Assembly: GCF_009914755.1 (NCBI RefSeq)
Contig: NC_060932.1
From: the human T2T-CHM13v2.0 reference genome, Homo sapiens
Strand: one strand, 5' to 3'
DNA length: 64,000 nucleotides
Shown here: positions 25,575 through 39,372 of the stretch, one piece after another
How positions within the stretch are numbered: the stretch's first letter is position 1
How the letters are laid out: each line of letters starts with the position of its first letter
Notes under the pieces: model-generated
The model's input: only the letters and a program-made list of their open reading frames with translations
Told to the model about the DNA's origin: nothing
Databases searched by the model: none
Made by a program: the position numbers and the translations under genes

Positions 25575-25934
25575 TGCTATAGTCTGAATATTTGCATCCC
25601 ACCAAAATGCATAGGTTAAAAGCCTAATCCCCAATGTGATGACACTGGGAGGCGGAGTCTTCCGGGGGAATGATCAGGTCATGGATGGAGCCCTCATAAA
25701 TAGGATTAGTGCCCTTATAAAAGAAGCCTGAAAGAGAGCTCTTGCCCTTCTACCATGTTGAGGACACAGCAAAAAGGTGCCATCCATGAACCAAAAAGTG
25801 GGCTTTCCCCAGACACTGAATCTGCCTCGGTCTTGGACTTCCCAGCCTCCAGAGCTGTGAGAAATCCATTTCTGCTGTTTATAAGGTACCCCGTCTGTGG
25901 CATTCTGTTATAGCAGTCCAAACAGACTGAAACA
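25575..25934 (+). mobile_element. MaLR solo LTR, MLT1A0-like
   Basis: TGCTATAGTCTGAAT start, GGATTAGTGCCCTTATAAAAG, GGACTTCCCAGCCTCCAGA, ends GACTGAAACA. Confidence 0.88.
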
Positions 25935-26074
25935 AATTTGTTTCCATTTTCCATAAGGAAAGCATGGCACCTCTCATGGTTCTGAACAATCCCCAACCCT
26001 CAGGAGCCAAACAGGAGTGAAACAAGAGTCAGTTGCTCAGAAGGAAAGTGAGTACAATTCACCAACACAAATTC

Positions 26075-26250
26075 CTCAGAGCTGGGAGGTGCATCAGAGA
26101 CACTACCCAGCCCTTTGTCCTCAGGAGGGAAAGGTCTCATTTCCTTTCTCAGATTAATCTGGAGAGGTGGAGAAACCTGCCCAAAGCTGCACAGGTGTGG
26201 GGGGTGGAGGTGAGTTACAAGTCCAGCCTCCTCCTGAGGCCAGACTCTCC
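26075..26250 (-). mobile_element. MIR3
   Basis: AGAGCTGGGAGG...AGAGGTGGAGAAACCTGCCCAAAG. Confidence 0.45.
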
Positions 26251-26374
26251 GGCCGTCCTGCAGCTCAATGGTGACAACCCACCCCTGGGTCACTGCTGCA
26301 CCTGTCAGTCCTTAACTGCTGCTTTTCCTAGGGCTTGAGATGCTTTGCTTGAGATGCTTTTTCCCCCTGTAAAT

Positions 26375-26673
<299 letters not shown>

Positions 26674-28356
26674 ATACTTGGGGATGCATTTGAACTTATC
26701 TGTGCTTTCTTTTGCCCCCAAAGGCACTATAGTCAACACCCAAATCCATTGTGTCTTCAGCCATCTCTCTTTCACTAGTTTCTAAAATGTTGTTGGTTCA
26801 CGAGAGTCACCTAGTCATGGGGTGAATTGGTGCCCATCCCTGTGGTGAGATGCAGGGAGGTGGGGACTTCCAGGAGGCCCTGTTCAGGAGACTGACGGGA
26901 GGGCTGGACACCTGGCCTCCAGATCCCTGTGCCTGCTCACTGCCTTGGTCTGACCTGCAAGCAAAGTGGCTAGCCTGGTCGGGGGGCCAGCCCCAGCTCA
27001 GGGCCCACACAGCTGTGTGCTGGGGCTCAAATTACCCAACAGCCTTTTGAAATGCTCAAAGAAGCTCTCAATCACCATGCTTGTGCATCTGACTATCCCA
27101 GCTTTGCCCATAAACTCCCAACCAGACGCCTCTGTTCATCACTTGGTCTTGGCAAGAGAGGCCAAGTGGAATTCCAACAGTCACTGAGGAGCAGAGGGAG
27201 GCTTCCAGAAGGAGGTACATGACTAAATATTTTGGAAATTTCTCCTGCCAGTTTCTCTGTCTCCTCTACCACCCCTGTTTCAAGACATAGAGGACATCAT
27301 CCTGTCACCCAAAGCAAGACCGCATTTTAAAATTAAACTTGAAACAAGTATATATTTCTGATCTTCAACTCACTCTCACCCAGCCAGAGCATTTACACTC
27401 CAGCCAAACCCTCCACACTACCTGCCTGCAGCATCTGTTTGGAGAGGGATCCTCTAGAAATTAAGAGGTTTAACCCCACACAGACACTCACTGTACCCCA
27501 ACATGTGTGCACACGCACACACAAAATCCTTTGTCAGCCCAGCCAAAGGCTGGTCATCATGTCTTTGTGCCCAGAGTAAGAAACACAGCAGCTATTTCTA
27601 CTAAAATCAAGAGACCGAGCAGACCCTTCCCCAGACACCTGGAGAGATGGCTGAATCTTACCTGGCCTCATCATCCCATAAAAGGGCAAGGGAAGCCATT
27701 CTGGCAGATTTTCTCTCCAAGCCTCATTGAATTCTGGCCTACCCCAGGGGCAGGAAGTCAGCGCTACCGCTGTGTGAGCAGCTGGTGTGGCCATCCATCA
27801 GCCTGCTGCCCCCTCTGACAACTCTCACACATGCCTGTGGTGCTGGAGGGTTCCATCAGGCAGGGACACCTATGCACCATCCCAAAAGAAGCATGAGGTC
27901 CCTAAAAGGTCATCAGAGCCAAGGCTAGTCTGCCTGACCAGCAGTGATGGCCTAAACCAACATCTTTTGACTCGTCCTGGGTGCAGGGCCGTGAGCAGCT
28001 CCCCCAGCCCCTGTGGGCCCCATAGAGGTCCCTCTTTCACCCTGTGCCCTCTCTGCCCTCCCCCTCTTCCAGTGGCCTATGTTCTTCTCCTCATACCATG
28101 CCAGGATGGTGGGCAAGGGGCTGTGCATGTCCAAAGGCTGTTGGTAGCTCCTGAGAAACTCGGCACTGTAAATGCCAGGGCTGAAAGCGCTCATCAGAGC
28201 ATGGCATGCTGAGCTGATCTGGGTTGGGCAGCCCTCCACCCACACCCGGGCTGTGCTCCGCTCTCTCCTGCTGTGCCAGGACTGCAGCCTCAGGTCCTGC
28301 CAGTTGGCTCTGGGAGTGCAACCACAGAGAATAAGGTCCTGGAAATCCTCCCACCT

Positions 28357-29610
28357 CACCACCACTTACACACTCCACACACCCACACCACACAAACACA
28401 CACACTGCACACACACCATGCACACACAACGCATACCATCCACACCACCCACACAACACACCACACACCCATATCACACATATACACCACATACACATAC
28501 CCCACAACACACCACATGCACCACACACACCACATATACCGCACACCATGCACACACAACACACACTACCCACACCACCCACACAACACACTACACACCA
28601 CATCACACACTTACACCACATATAGACACTGCACCACACACAACACACACATACACTACATACACTAATTGTACCACACACCACACACAGCACACAACCA
28701 CACACCACACACCTACATCACACACAACCACATACCAACACCTACATCACACACAACCACACACCAACACCTACATCACAACTACACACACACTGCACCA
28801 CTCACCACACACAACACACACACACCACACACAACACACACCCACATCACACGCATACCACGCATACACCACATACACACAACACACCACACACACCACA
28901 CCACCACACACACCACACCACACACACACACCACAAACACGACACATATCACCCACACCACCCACACAACACACCACACACCCACATCACACACATGCAC
29001 ACCATACCACATACACATACACCACCACTTACACACTCCACACCACATACCACACACACACCACACACTACACATTACATACATACCACACACCACACAA
29101 CCACACACACCATACCCACCACACACCACATATGCACACTACACATACCACATACATTATACCACAAACACTACACATTACACATGTACCACACACACTA
29201 TATATACCACACATACCACACACACAAAACACACCACACACACACTACACACAAACCATACATAAAACACACCACAAACACAAAACACACCACATACACA
29301 TCAAACACATACCACACATACACCACACACAGCACATACCACACACACAAAACACACCATACACATACCACACACATATTATACACAACACCACGTACCA
29401 CACACACAAAACACACCATACACACACCACACACACATTATGCACAACACACCACATGTACCATACACACCACACATTCCACACACACACAATACATATG
29501 CCACAATACTACATACCACATCCCCACACACACACTTCATACACAGAGATACACACACCACACACCACTCACATCACACTCCACACACATGCACACACAC
29601 ACTCACACAA
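28357..29610 (+). repeat. 1.25-kb degenerate (CA/CAC)-rich low-complexity array with higher-order units
   Basis: Strand almost devoid of G; recurrent CCACACCACCCACACAACACA and CACCACCACTTACACACTCCACAC blocks. Confidence 0.95.
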
Positions 29611-29709
29611 GAAAGGCCTTCTTTTCATTCTCCTTCAAGACCCGAGTCAGATGCTTGCCGCTCCTCTGCAGCCTTGCCTGTCCCTCTCAGTGCCTTAAGT
29701 CTCTTCCTC

Positions 29710-29885
29710 ACCTTCGCTCCTATAACACTTCCTTTATACCTAAGCTTGCTACTCTCCCGAGAATATCTGAGATGGCTATAAGCTCCCTGAGGGCTGGGAC
29801 CTGGACTTTCTCCTGTTTGTATTCCTTGTGAGCCTTACAGAGGCCTGCATAGTTCTACACTCAGTAAACATTTGTCAAATTAGAA
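29710..29885 (+). mobile_element. L2 3' fragment
   Basis: TATAAGCTCCCTGAGGGCTGGGAC...CTCAGTAAACATTTGT. Confidence 0.6.
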
Positions 29886-29964
29886 ACCAAAGACAATGTT
29901 CCCCCAAGAGAAATCTGGGCTCAACTCCATCTCCATAAATGATGCCAATTTTAGATGTGGGGGG

Positions 29965-30352
29965 GACATTAGTTTGCTAGGGCTGCCATGACATAGTACT
30001 ACAGGCTGGGTGGCTTAAACAACAGAAATTTATTTCCTCACAGTTCTGAAGGCCGGGAAGTCCAAGATCGAGGTGTCAGCAGGGCTGGGCTCTTCAGGCC
30101 CATCTCTCCTTGGTTGGAAGATGGCCACCTTCTCCCTGAATCTTCCCATGGTCTTTCCTCTACATGTCTGTGTCCTAATCAGCTCTTCTTATAAAAACAA
30201 CAGTCATATTGGATTGGGGCCCATAATAACAACCTCATTTTAACTGAATTACCTCTTTAAAGACCCCAGCTCCAAAACCAAGCACATCTTGAGGTACTAG
30301 GGGCCAGGACTTCCGCATATGAATTGGGGGACGTCAATTAGCAGCACTTACA
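29965..30352 (-). mobile_element. MaLR solo LTR, MLT1B-like
   Basis: ATTAGTTTGCTAGGGCTGCC, GGTGGCTTAAACAACAGAAATTTATT, CAGTCATATTGGATT, GAGGTACTAGGGG. Confidence 0.88.
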
Positions 30353-30684
30353 ACTTTCATGATGTCCTTCTAGGCACAGCCAACAGCTACTACCCCAAAG
30401 CCACCCATGGCTACAGCCTCTACTTGTCTCCTCAGGGCACGACTTCCTGTTCCTTGACAGAGGTTCTTGTCTGACCTTAATATTTTAAGATAAATTTTCC
30501 AATCTCCACAGCAGTTTTTGTCTTCTGGAGAGTGAATTCTGTGGTGAATCCTGTGGTCAACAGCTCACCATGAGGTTCACCCATGGTCAGCAGGTAGACG
30601 AGTGTGGCAGACATGCTTCGCCCTATTTCTGGGTCCATTTTCACTCTTCCCTTCTGCCTTTTTGCCTTCATTTGCTCGACTTTG

Positions 30685-30853
30685 AATTTATGTTAGTCAA
30701 ATGTTATGCATCGTAATAAGCTGTCTGGGAATGCTTTCTGGAATAAAGAAGAGTATAATGTATGCTGTCAAATTTCTGTTGGTCAAATTTGATGCATCGT
30801 TATAAGATCCCTGGAATGCCTTCTAGAATAAAGAAGAGTATAATGTGTGCTGT
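30685..30853 (+). repeat. Two-copy tandem duplication, period 86 bp
   Basis: Copies at 30685-30768 and 30771-30853 share ATGCATCGT and GAATAAAGAAGAGTATAATGT. Confidence 0.9.
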
Positions 30854-30854
30854 T

Positions 30855-31344
30855 GTCAGCAGGCACCACTACCTCTCCCTTCTAAGAATGGGAACTGTGC
30901 TTCCCAAGACCCCCTTCTGTATATGTTTGCTTTTTTTTAATGAGAGGAACTTGTATGATATTTGGAAGGCTGAAAGGAAGTGGAAGCCATCAGTCTTCAG
31001 AGATGGTTGCAGCTGGATGTGTGGACAGATGAGAGATTCCCTGCGGCTTCCTGGCAAGCCCCTCATCATTGCAGGCTGAGACGGTTGGTGTTGGGGGCTC
31101 CTCGGGAATCTCAAGAATTCTAGGCAAGCTTTTAAAAACCAGCTGCTTTGGGGCTGCAGGCTGAGATTTCAGGGTAACTCCTTTGACTTTCAGGGACAAT
31201 TCCCCAAATGCTGGCAGCAGCTTCTCTCATCTGCAGTCTCCTAAGTCTTCTAACTTGTGTATAAGCTCCTGCTTGACTTTTAAACCCTTTATGTGCAGAA
31301 CATACAGTGGCTTCTGTGTTCCTCACCAAATCCTGTCTGATACC
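30855..31344 (+). mobile_element. ERVL-class LTR (LTR40/LTR41-like)
   Basis: TTTGGAAGGCTGAAAG, AGTGGCTTCTGTGTTCCT...CTGATAC end. Confidence 0.5.
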
Positions 31345-31372
31345 TACGTAAGTCATAAAAATAAGCTACCAT

Positions 31373-32016
31373 ACCCTTGTACACTGATGGTGGGAATGTC
31401 AAATGGCACAGCCACTGTGAAAAACACTTTGATGATTCCTGAAAAAGTTAAACATAGATTTACCATATGATCCAACATTCCACTTATAGGTATATGCCCC
31501 AAAGAATTAAAAGCAGGAACTCAAACGAATACTTGTATGCCAATGTTCATAGCAGCACCGTTCACAATAGGTGGAAACAACCCAAGTGTCCTTCCACAGA
31601 TAAATAGATAAATAAAATGTTGCACGTACATACAGATGACTTTATTCAGCCATTAAAAGGAATGGAATTCTGACACATGCTGCAACATGGGTGAACCTTG
31701 AAGACATTATGTTGAGTGAGAGAAGCCAGACACAAAGGGGAAAATATTATATGATTCCACTTACATGAAATATCCAGAACAGGCAAATTCATAGAGACAA
31801 GAAGTAGATTAAAGGGTACTAGGGTCTGGGGGAGGGGAGAATAGAGTGTTTTTACTGGGGACAGAGTTTCTATTTGAGATGATGAAAAAGTTTTGGAGAA
31901 AGATAGTGCTAAGGGTTGTACAACATTGTGAATGTACTTAATGCCACTGAATTGTGCACTTAAAACAGGTTGAAGTGGTAAATTTTATGTTATGTTTATT
32001 TTACCACAATAAAAAA
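31373..32016 (+). mobile_element. L1MB 3' end
   Basis: GGTGGGAATGTCAAATGG, GAACCTTGAAGACATTATG, GATGATGAAAAAGTTTTGGAG, TTTTACCACAATAAAAAA. Confidence 0.9.
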
Positions 32017-32590
32017 TGCATGTTTAAAAAATCCATTGCGGCGGCAGCAGAATTCTAGACGTCACCTGGGTATATTCAGCCCATTTTATTATAAGTAGCC
32101 AATGTGTATAGACTGAGGACACACAGTACATACAGGTTACCAAGCACATGTCTCCAGAGAGAGAGACAGAGTCCCATCTCAACCAGCTGTAGGGAAAAAT
32201 CCTACTGAGATGATGGTGTTTATTCTTCCATCCTAGTCCTCAAATCTAACCAACGCCCAGAGTAAGCTTTCCTTCCCTGATTCAAAATTTCTTTTCTAGA
32301 TAACTGAGCCTCCTTTTCTCTTTAGTACACCCTATCTTAGCCCCCACACCGTTTACCTGTCTCTAACCTGCCTCAATCCCTAGTCCAGCATGAGTGGTTT
32401 CCCAAGAACCTTTCGATCCCTGGGTTTCTAAGACTGAAACCCTTGTGTTTTTTTTTTTTTTTGACTAATATTCAGCCTCCCATATAGACATTTACCTTCC
32501 TCTTTAGACTACTATGTTCTCATTTCCAAAGCCATTGGCCTACACATAGAGGAACTGCCATAGTTTATTAATGAGCCAAGTCACAGAGTA

Positions 32591-32625
<35 letters not shown>

Positions 32626-32640
32626 CAGAGAGAGAGAGAG
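32591..32640 (+). repeat. (TG)12-(AG)n compound microsatellite
   Basis: Directly visible. Confidence 0.95.
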
Positions 32641-32974
32641 CGCTCACCCCAGCCCACATAGTTCATTATCCCAATAAAGCAAAGCTACTATACTTTGACA
32701 TATACTTTTGTATAGCTGCTCTTCACTACATCACTTTGCTCAGGACCATGGCCCAAGACAACCTGGTTTCAATTCTACAAGGTTTACATCCAGCCAGTGT
32801 ATTTTCATAACCCTTTAAGGGAGTATTCTCCATGTGTGTAAGTGAATCTTACCCCCTTTGTTTCAGTCCCAATCTAGATTACCATATATGTTTGCTTCTT
32901 TTAAAGAGAATTAAACTCTAAACTGTGTTGGTGATGGCTAAGTCCTTATTTGAATTTAGGGTTATATGAAAACC

Positions 32975-33155
32975 ACCTTGGCATCAGGAGCCCTTGACTT
33001 TCTTGATTTTCTACTGACCTGCTTTGGGAATTGAATGTATTATTTCTCTAAGCCTGAGATTCTTCTGTGTTAAAAAAAAAAAAAAAAGAAGAAGAAGGAA
33101 GTGGGATTTGAACTGGTGAGTTATTAGGTTCTTTGCAGTTCTAGGAGCTTTTTAT
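32975..33155 (+). mobile_element. MIR3 (with inserted poly-A/GAA run)
   Basis: TCTCTAAGCCTGAGATTCTTC...GGTTCTTTGCAGTTCTA. Confidence 0.45.
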
Positions 33156-33802
33156 ATGGTCAAAGCAAATCCTAGATTTTCCCTGTTGCGGAAGCCCCTC
33201 TGTTTCAGGTGCACAGCAGGCACAACAAACAGTGTCAGGGCAAGACAAGAGCCACAGAGAAGGTTCCAGGCACAGAGAGGTCATGTGACCTCAGCTGAGT
33301 CCTCAAACTGATTCAGATGTCACAGCTTCTCCCATAGACCACATTGCCTTTTTTCTGCCCACCTGGTTGGCTCACCTCAAGTATTTTCAGTCTTATTAAC
33401 ACGTAGCCTGCTATCATTACATAATTTTGTGATGGGACATCTCTCTAGCTCGTATACAGAATCTGTAATTTACAAAACAGCCTAATTACAAGATCCTCCA
33501 TAGAAACATACTCTGGTGAAAACACTCACCTCTGGCCTAATTGTACAACAATTGTATAACAGGAGAAGAGTCTTTGTAGGATGGAGCTACTGGTGGGCCT
33601 GGCCTCACCCGGGTGCTAGACCTCATCCTAAGTAGATTCCTTCTCTCTTACCCTCTCCACCATCCTCTCTTTAATAGCAAAAACTCTGCCCCATGTAGCC
33701 TCTGTGCTAAATTACCTCCCAAACTTAAATGCCATTCAAAATCCTATTTTCCTCTTAGGAGAAGACGTATTATCTATTTCCCTTCTCTCTAAGAACGTCT
33801 GG

Positions 33803-34040
33803 CCTGTATACAGATTGTCTTCCTGGGTAATGCATTCCTGCACTCCCAGCTGGCTGGCTTTTAATCTGGACCCTATCAAAATATATAGCATTTGGGGCTG
33901 TGTTTTCTATGGCTATACGAGTTCCTGGATTTCCATCCAAAATGCCTACCCCAGCTCATTTACACAATGCAAAGGCAACAGGATATTTCGCAATGAAATC
34001 ATTCTCACATCTGTCTTTGGGGTTGTAAAGTACTTTGCAA
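33803..34040 (+). repeat. Local direct duplication, copy 1 (238 bp)
   Basis: Aligns without gaps to 35053-35290 with 20 mismatches by manual count. Confidence 0.95.
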
Positions 34041-34256
34041 AATCTTTTAGAGCCCCTTCTTCCCTTATCCTCACTGGTGGAGAAACCGTGTGGTTCACAC
34101 CTGAGTGTGAGCTGCTCACAGCTATGATTGGACCCTGGACCTGGACTTTTAGTCTCAGGTACCCCCCCACCGCACTGTGAAAACAGGCTGGCCACTTAGG
34201 ATCTCAGTTCTTCATCTTTAAAGCAACAGATAAGCCTAAACCATCTCCATGGCCCC

Positions 34257-34679
34257 TGCATTAGGTTAAAAATAAGTCTGGCTGCTGAAATAGACCCAAG
34301 ACGACAATGCTTGACCATTGTCTCACACACAAAAGCTGAAGCTGGGTTTAATGGCTCTGCTCCATGATGTCTCGGTGGGGCTCAGGTATCAGGCACCTGT
34401 TATTTTGCTCTGTCATCCTAGAGGTTTGGTCTTGTCCTCTGGAGTGGGGAATTGTCATCTGAGACCAAGAGGTTTGGTCTTGTCCTCTGGAATGGGGAAA
34501 AAGGAAGCAGAAGCCACACTCTGTCTTTTTAGGGAAATTATACTAGTGCCTCGGAACTTGGACACATGGCTACAATTGCCTCCCAGGTGTCTGGGAGACT
34601 ATGTGACCAGATAAAAACTCTATTACCAAATAAGAAGAAGAGATTGAATACTGGGGCCACCTAGGATTGTTGGCCACAG
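34257..34679 (-). mobile_element. MaLR LTR, MLT1K/L-like
   Basis: GGCTCTGCTCCATG, CACATGGC, CTATTACC...GAATACTGGGG...GCCACA; contains an internal ~30-bp duplication AGAGGTTTGGTCTTGTCCTCTGGA. Confidence 0.55.
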
Positions 34680-34703
34680 ACCTTCTCAGTTGTACCATTC
34701 TGA

Positions 34704-35012
<309 letters not shown>

Positions 35013-35052
35013 TAATTTTATTTAAATCAACATACACATTTAGCTTCTACCA

Positions 35053-35290
35053 CCTGTATATAGATTGTCTTCCTGGGTAATGCATTCCTGCACTCCCAGC
35101 TGGCTGACTCTTAATCTGGATGCTATCAAAATATATGGCATTTGGGGCAGTGTTTTCTATGGCTGTGCTAGTTCCTGAATTTTCATCCAAACTGCCCACC
35201 CCAGCTCATTTACACAATGCAAAGGCAACAGGATATCTTGCAATGAAATCGTTCTCACATCTGTCTTCAGGGTTGTAAAGTAATTTGCAA
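35053..35290 (+). repeat. Local direct duplication, copy 2 (238 bp)
   Basis: Offset exactly 1,250 bp from copy 1. Confidence 0.95.
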
Positions 35291-35311
35291 GATCAAAATG
35301 AAGTTTACAAG

Positions 35312-35500
35312 TTAATTTCAACAAATATTTGTTGGCACCTACTGTGTACCAGGCACCAGAAACACAAAAATGAATATGACCCATCCATGCCTTCCCTCAA
35401 GGCACCTGTATGCTAGTGAGGAAATAGAGCCCAAATATGAAAGTTCCCCATCACACCATAAGTGCTTTTGTAAAGGTGAACTCTGGTGATGCACTCTCTG
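35312..35500 (-). mobile_element. L2 3' tail
   Basis: TTCAACAAATATTTGTTGGCACCTACTGTGTACCAGGCAC. Confidence 0.75.
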
Positions 35501-36090
35501 ATAGAGGAGAGAAAACTAAAAATCTGAGAGAACTATTGAGTAACACAAGCAGAAACAACCAGGTCCTAAAATATGTGCTAAGGACGATGGCATTCTAGTA
35601 GTGTTGATCAGGAAGGATATAGATTTCTGCAGGTTCAACATGAAAGGCAGGCCTTATTTGAGGGAGTCGATCTTAAAAGCTGAGCAGAAATGCAGTGGTG
35701 GAAGGGGAAGGTGGTAAAACATCATAAAGATTTTGTCTGAAATGTTTAAATGAAGGCATCTAGAGATTCCTGTGTCAGACAGAGTTGAAGAAAAGAGACA
35801 CCTTCTTGAGTTTTAACCCTTACTGCAGAAGGTCAAGAAAAGCTCTTTAAATGTCTTTCATGGTCCACTTGTAAAAGTTCTCAGCATTCCTTATAGGTTT
35901 TTATAGGTTCATAATAACTCCATAAAGAAGGGAAGAAACGAGAGAGAACCTGGAGCTCAGAGATGTTAGGGAAGCTGGCCTGGGTACACCTTCCATAAGA
36001 GCACAGCCCTGACTCAGGCATTCTGGCCTCAGATCTTGTGTTTCTTGCAATGGGCCTGACTACTCTTGAAAAAGGAAAAATCAAAATTCA

Positions 36091-36396
36091 AGCTGGGCTT
36101 GGTAGCTCACACTTGTAATCCCACACTTTGAGAGGCCAAGGCAGGAAGATCGCTTGAGGCCAAAAGCTTGAGACCAGCCTAGGAAATAAAGCAAGACCCC
36201 TGTCCCTACAAAAAATAAAAATAAGAATTAGCTGGGCAAGGTGGTGCACACCTGTAGCCCCAGCTATTCAGGAGGCTGAGGCAGGAGGATCACTCGAGCC
36301 TAGGAATTCAAGGCTGCAGGGAGCTATGATTGCGCCACTGCAATCTAACCTGGGTGACAGAGTAAGAACATGTCTCTAAAATAAATAAATAAATAA
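36091..36396 (+). mobile_element. AluJ
   Basis: GGAGGATCACTCGAGCCTAGGA, GAGCTATGATTGCGCC J-type features; (TAAA)n tail; AAATTCA TSD remnant. Confidence 0.92.
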
Positions 36397-37759
36397 ATTC
36401 ACACAATCTGAGCAGAAGGAAGTGGATTCGGAGTGACCCAGCAGACAGAAGCCAGGGGCTTTAGGACAGGGACACCCAGCATGGTGACCTGCCTCTAATG
36501 GCTAATACTCCTTGGCTAGGAGGCTCAAGTCTTGAAGCTTAATCCTCAGAATGTCCAATTATATATTCCTCAGAGCCATCTTCAAGACTGAAAACAACCA
36601 AAGGAATCATACAAAGAAATTCTACACTTGAAGATTACTCCGTCCCTGGAAAGGAATTCTTTGGGAGATTGTCTAATTCTGGCAGAAAGTCTACAGCTTT
36701 GAGGGATGGTGAAATCTGCTGCGGGGCATACAGGACAGGATGCCCTCTTGAGACTTCAACCCTGTGATAATATGAGCCCATTGCCATACTGTTGCTAGGA
36801 CAAGTGACCCTGCCCATTGTCACCCAGGCCATAGCACTCTCTGCCCACAAAGAGAACTAGTTCACAGGCCACTTTCTCTTTAATCGATGACAAAAAGCAG
36901 CGTGATAGGGCTGTGGGCAGAAATCCAATTTTAAAAGGATTTCAAAGGATGCAAATTGTTTCCTGGAGAAGGGCTAATGACAGCTAATAGGCCAGTCCTG
37001 GTTAACAGGCAGATGACCTGGCTGCAGTTTCCTATTTCTGTTGGCCATAATCACAATTCACATCTGCTATTTTCATCCTCCTCCCATATTATCGGCAGTG
37101 CAGCCACATTTTCACTCCTACTTCTCCCAAAGGACGTCAGCATGCCTATTTTACATAGGTATACAAAAGCATAAGCTTTCCTTTATCAGCCTAATGGGAA
37201 ACAAACCTGCCCAGGTCTAAGCTTGTTATCCTACCTGATTGTTCCAATGTATATCCACCATCTAGTTTGGATTGTTCAAAAGCAAAGGAAATGGAGTTGC
37301 TTTAAATTTATGAACTGACGAGGTTCTGAGTAATGGTGAATCACAGCTCGATATTTCACTTAAACCTCAGACACGGAGCTGGCTCCTGCTGCAGCTCTTT
37401 CTGGGTCATACGAATTCATCAGAGAATTGCTCATGGCCCTCAGCCCCGAGCTAGGATGGAGAGCTGGATGAGGCCAAGGTCAGCCATGCCCAAGGAGAGA
37501 GGCTGCCATGCATCGGAAAGATGCTTCAGAGGACAAAGACATCAGCCCAAGTGTTGGGCAAGCAATGGAAGGCAGTGGGGGTGGATTTCTGAGAATATAG
37601 AAAAAGAGAATAAAAATTCTCGCTTGATTGTGTAGGAAATGGATGCAATAAAGGAGTCCAACAGCATGGACCCGGGTAGACATTGTCTTGGATTCACCTC
37701 GAAGTCCTATTCTTATCATCCTCATATTGTCTCACTCCCTGGACACTTTCCCCACCTAG

Positions 37760-38035
37760 AGCCCTGTGTATGCTTAGAAGACTCCAACTCATCTTTCAAG
37801 AACCTGCAGAATGTGACCTTTCTTGAGATCCCTGCCTCAATTTCCCCAGAACTATTTAGTTTGAATCCATTTTTACCATGATGCTTTATAAAGATTTGTT
37901 TTTATTTCTACCTCCCCCACTAGACAGTGATCATCTCAAAAGCAAGGATGGTTCTCATTCATCTTTATACCACCAATTATTGGCATAGTGCTTAACAAAT
38001 GCCTTTTGGATAGAGAGCTCAGAGTGAATAAATAG
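37760..38035 (+). mobile_element. L2 3' fragment
   Basis: ACTCATCTTTCAAG, CCCCACTAGAC, TGGCATAGTGCTTAACAAATG. Confidence 0.65.
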
Positions 38036-38880
38036 AAAAGGGAAGGAAAAATGAAAAAAGGGACAAAGGGAGGAGGAAAAAACTGGGAGAGTTTCATTTT
38101 TCAGCTTAACAAGATTATTTCTTAAATCAGATGAGATGATTCAGGCTGGGTTGTACTAGCAGGGAGAAAAGGGTAATTACATTTTAAATCTGCTTTGAAT
38201 ACTATTGATAAGACTCTACATTTTATGGGCTTTACTGACAAGAAAAATTAAAAAAAACCTGGTAAAAGAGTCAAAGAACGAATTTAAAATGAGATGATCT
38301 TGTTGTAGATAATATGCTACCCTGCAACCTTAGCTGCCTGCCTGCTTGAAGATTCTCAGTCCTTTGCTTGTCCGTTCCAGTGAAGCAGGATAGAAAAGAA
38401 CTGTGCAATTTTGCTCACCACTTTGATCCCTCGGGGTGCTGGGAGACTCCCCTATTGAAGGAATCTGAGGGATCCTGACAGGTTTCCAAACACCTACCTT
38501 GCTACTGTCAAGATGGGCCCAGACCCTCCTGGAGAGATGAAATGAGGCAATAGAGTGGTTTGGAAGACCATACTAAAACTCTTTTCAAGGGGTGGCATGT
38601 GGAATGCCACAGCCCCTCCAATTTGAGAGCTTTGTCCTTCTGTATGCCTGAATGAGTTTTCCTCTTCTCACATCCAATTGGAATGAGGGTGCTCCAGAAG
38701 GCATTTCTACTCACAAGTCCTGCCATAAACACAGAGATGGCTCTGCATTAGCTTCTAGAGATGCTAAGGAGAATAGAGACTTTCTACCACCTTGATGTGT
38801 AACCATGGAGCAAGGGTCCAACTTGAGAGGAAGTAAAAGTCACTGGCTCACCTTGAGATTCATGAGTGAGGGTTTGGGGA

Positions 38881-39325
38881 TGTGATAGTTAATTTTATGG
38901 ATCAACTTGCTGGGCCACGTGGTGCCCAGATGTCAGGTCAAACATTACAGTGGGTGTTTCTGTGAGGGTGTTTTAGATGAGATTCCCATCTAAATTGGTG
39001 GACTTTGAGTAAAGCAGTTGTGGGTGGTCCTCATCCAATCAGCTGAATGCCTGAATAGAACAAAAACACTAGTGTCCCCAAGCAAGAGGGAATTTTCCAG
39101 CGGACTGCCTTCAGACTCCATCTGCAATATGAGTTCTTCCTGATTCTATAGTAGACTGCTTTCAGACTGGAACTGGAATGTTGGCTCTCCCATATCTGCA
39201 CCCAGCAGAATTTGGACTTGCCAGCCTCCATAATCATGTTATCCAATTCCTTATAATAAATCTCTTTCTACACATATAACAGAACCAATTTCCTATTGGT
39301 TCTGTTTCTTGGAGAGCCCTAATAT
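38881..39325 (+). mobile_element. ERVL solo LTR, MLT2-family
   Basis: TGTGATAGTTAATTTTATG start, GGACTTTGAGTAAAGCAG, CATCCAATCAG, CCTATTGGTTCTGTTTCT. Confidence 0.88.
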
Positions 39326-39372
39326 GGAGGCAGAGGGAGAGTGAATGATAGACTCACTGGCTGTCAATTTGC

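Noticed and set aside
28172-29831. Long His/Thr/Pro-rich ORFs (508, 278, 198 aa) and antisense Cys/Val-rich ORFs
   Set aside because: They arise because the G-poor CA array rarely forms stop codons; several frames are open at once and there is no domain content
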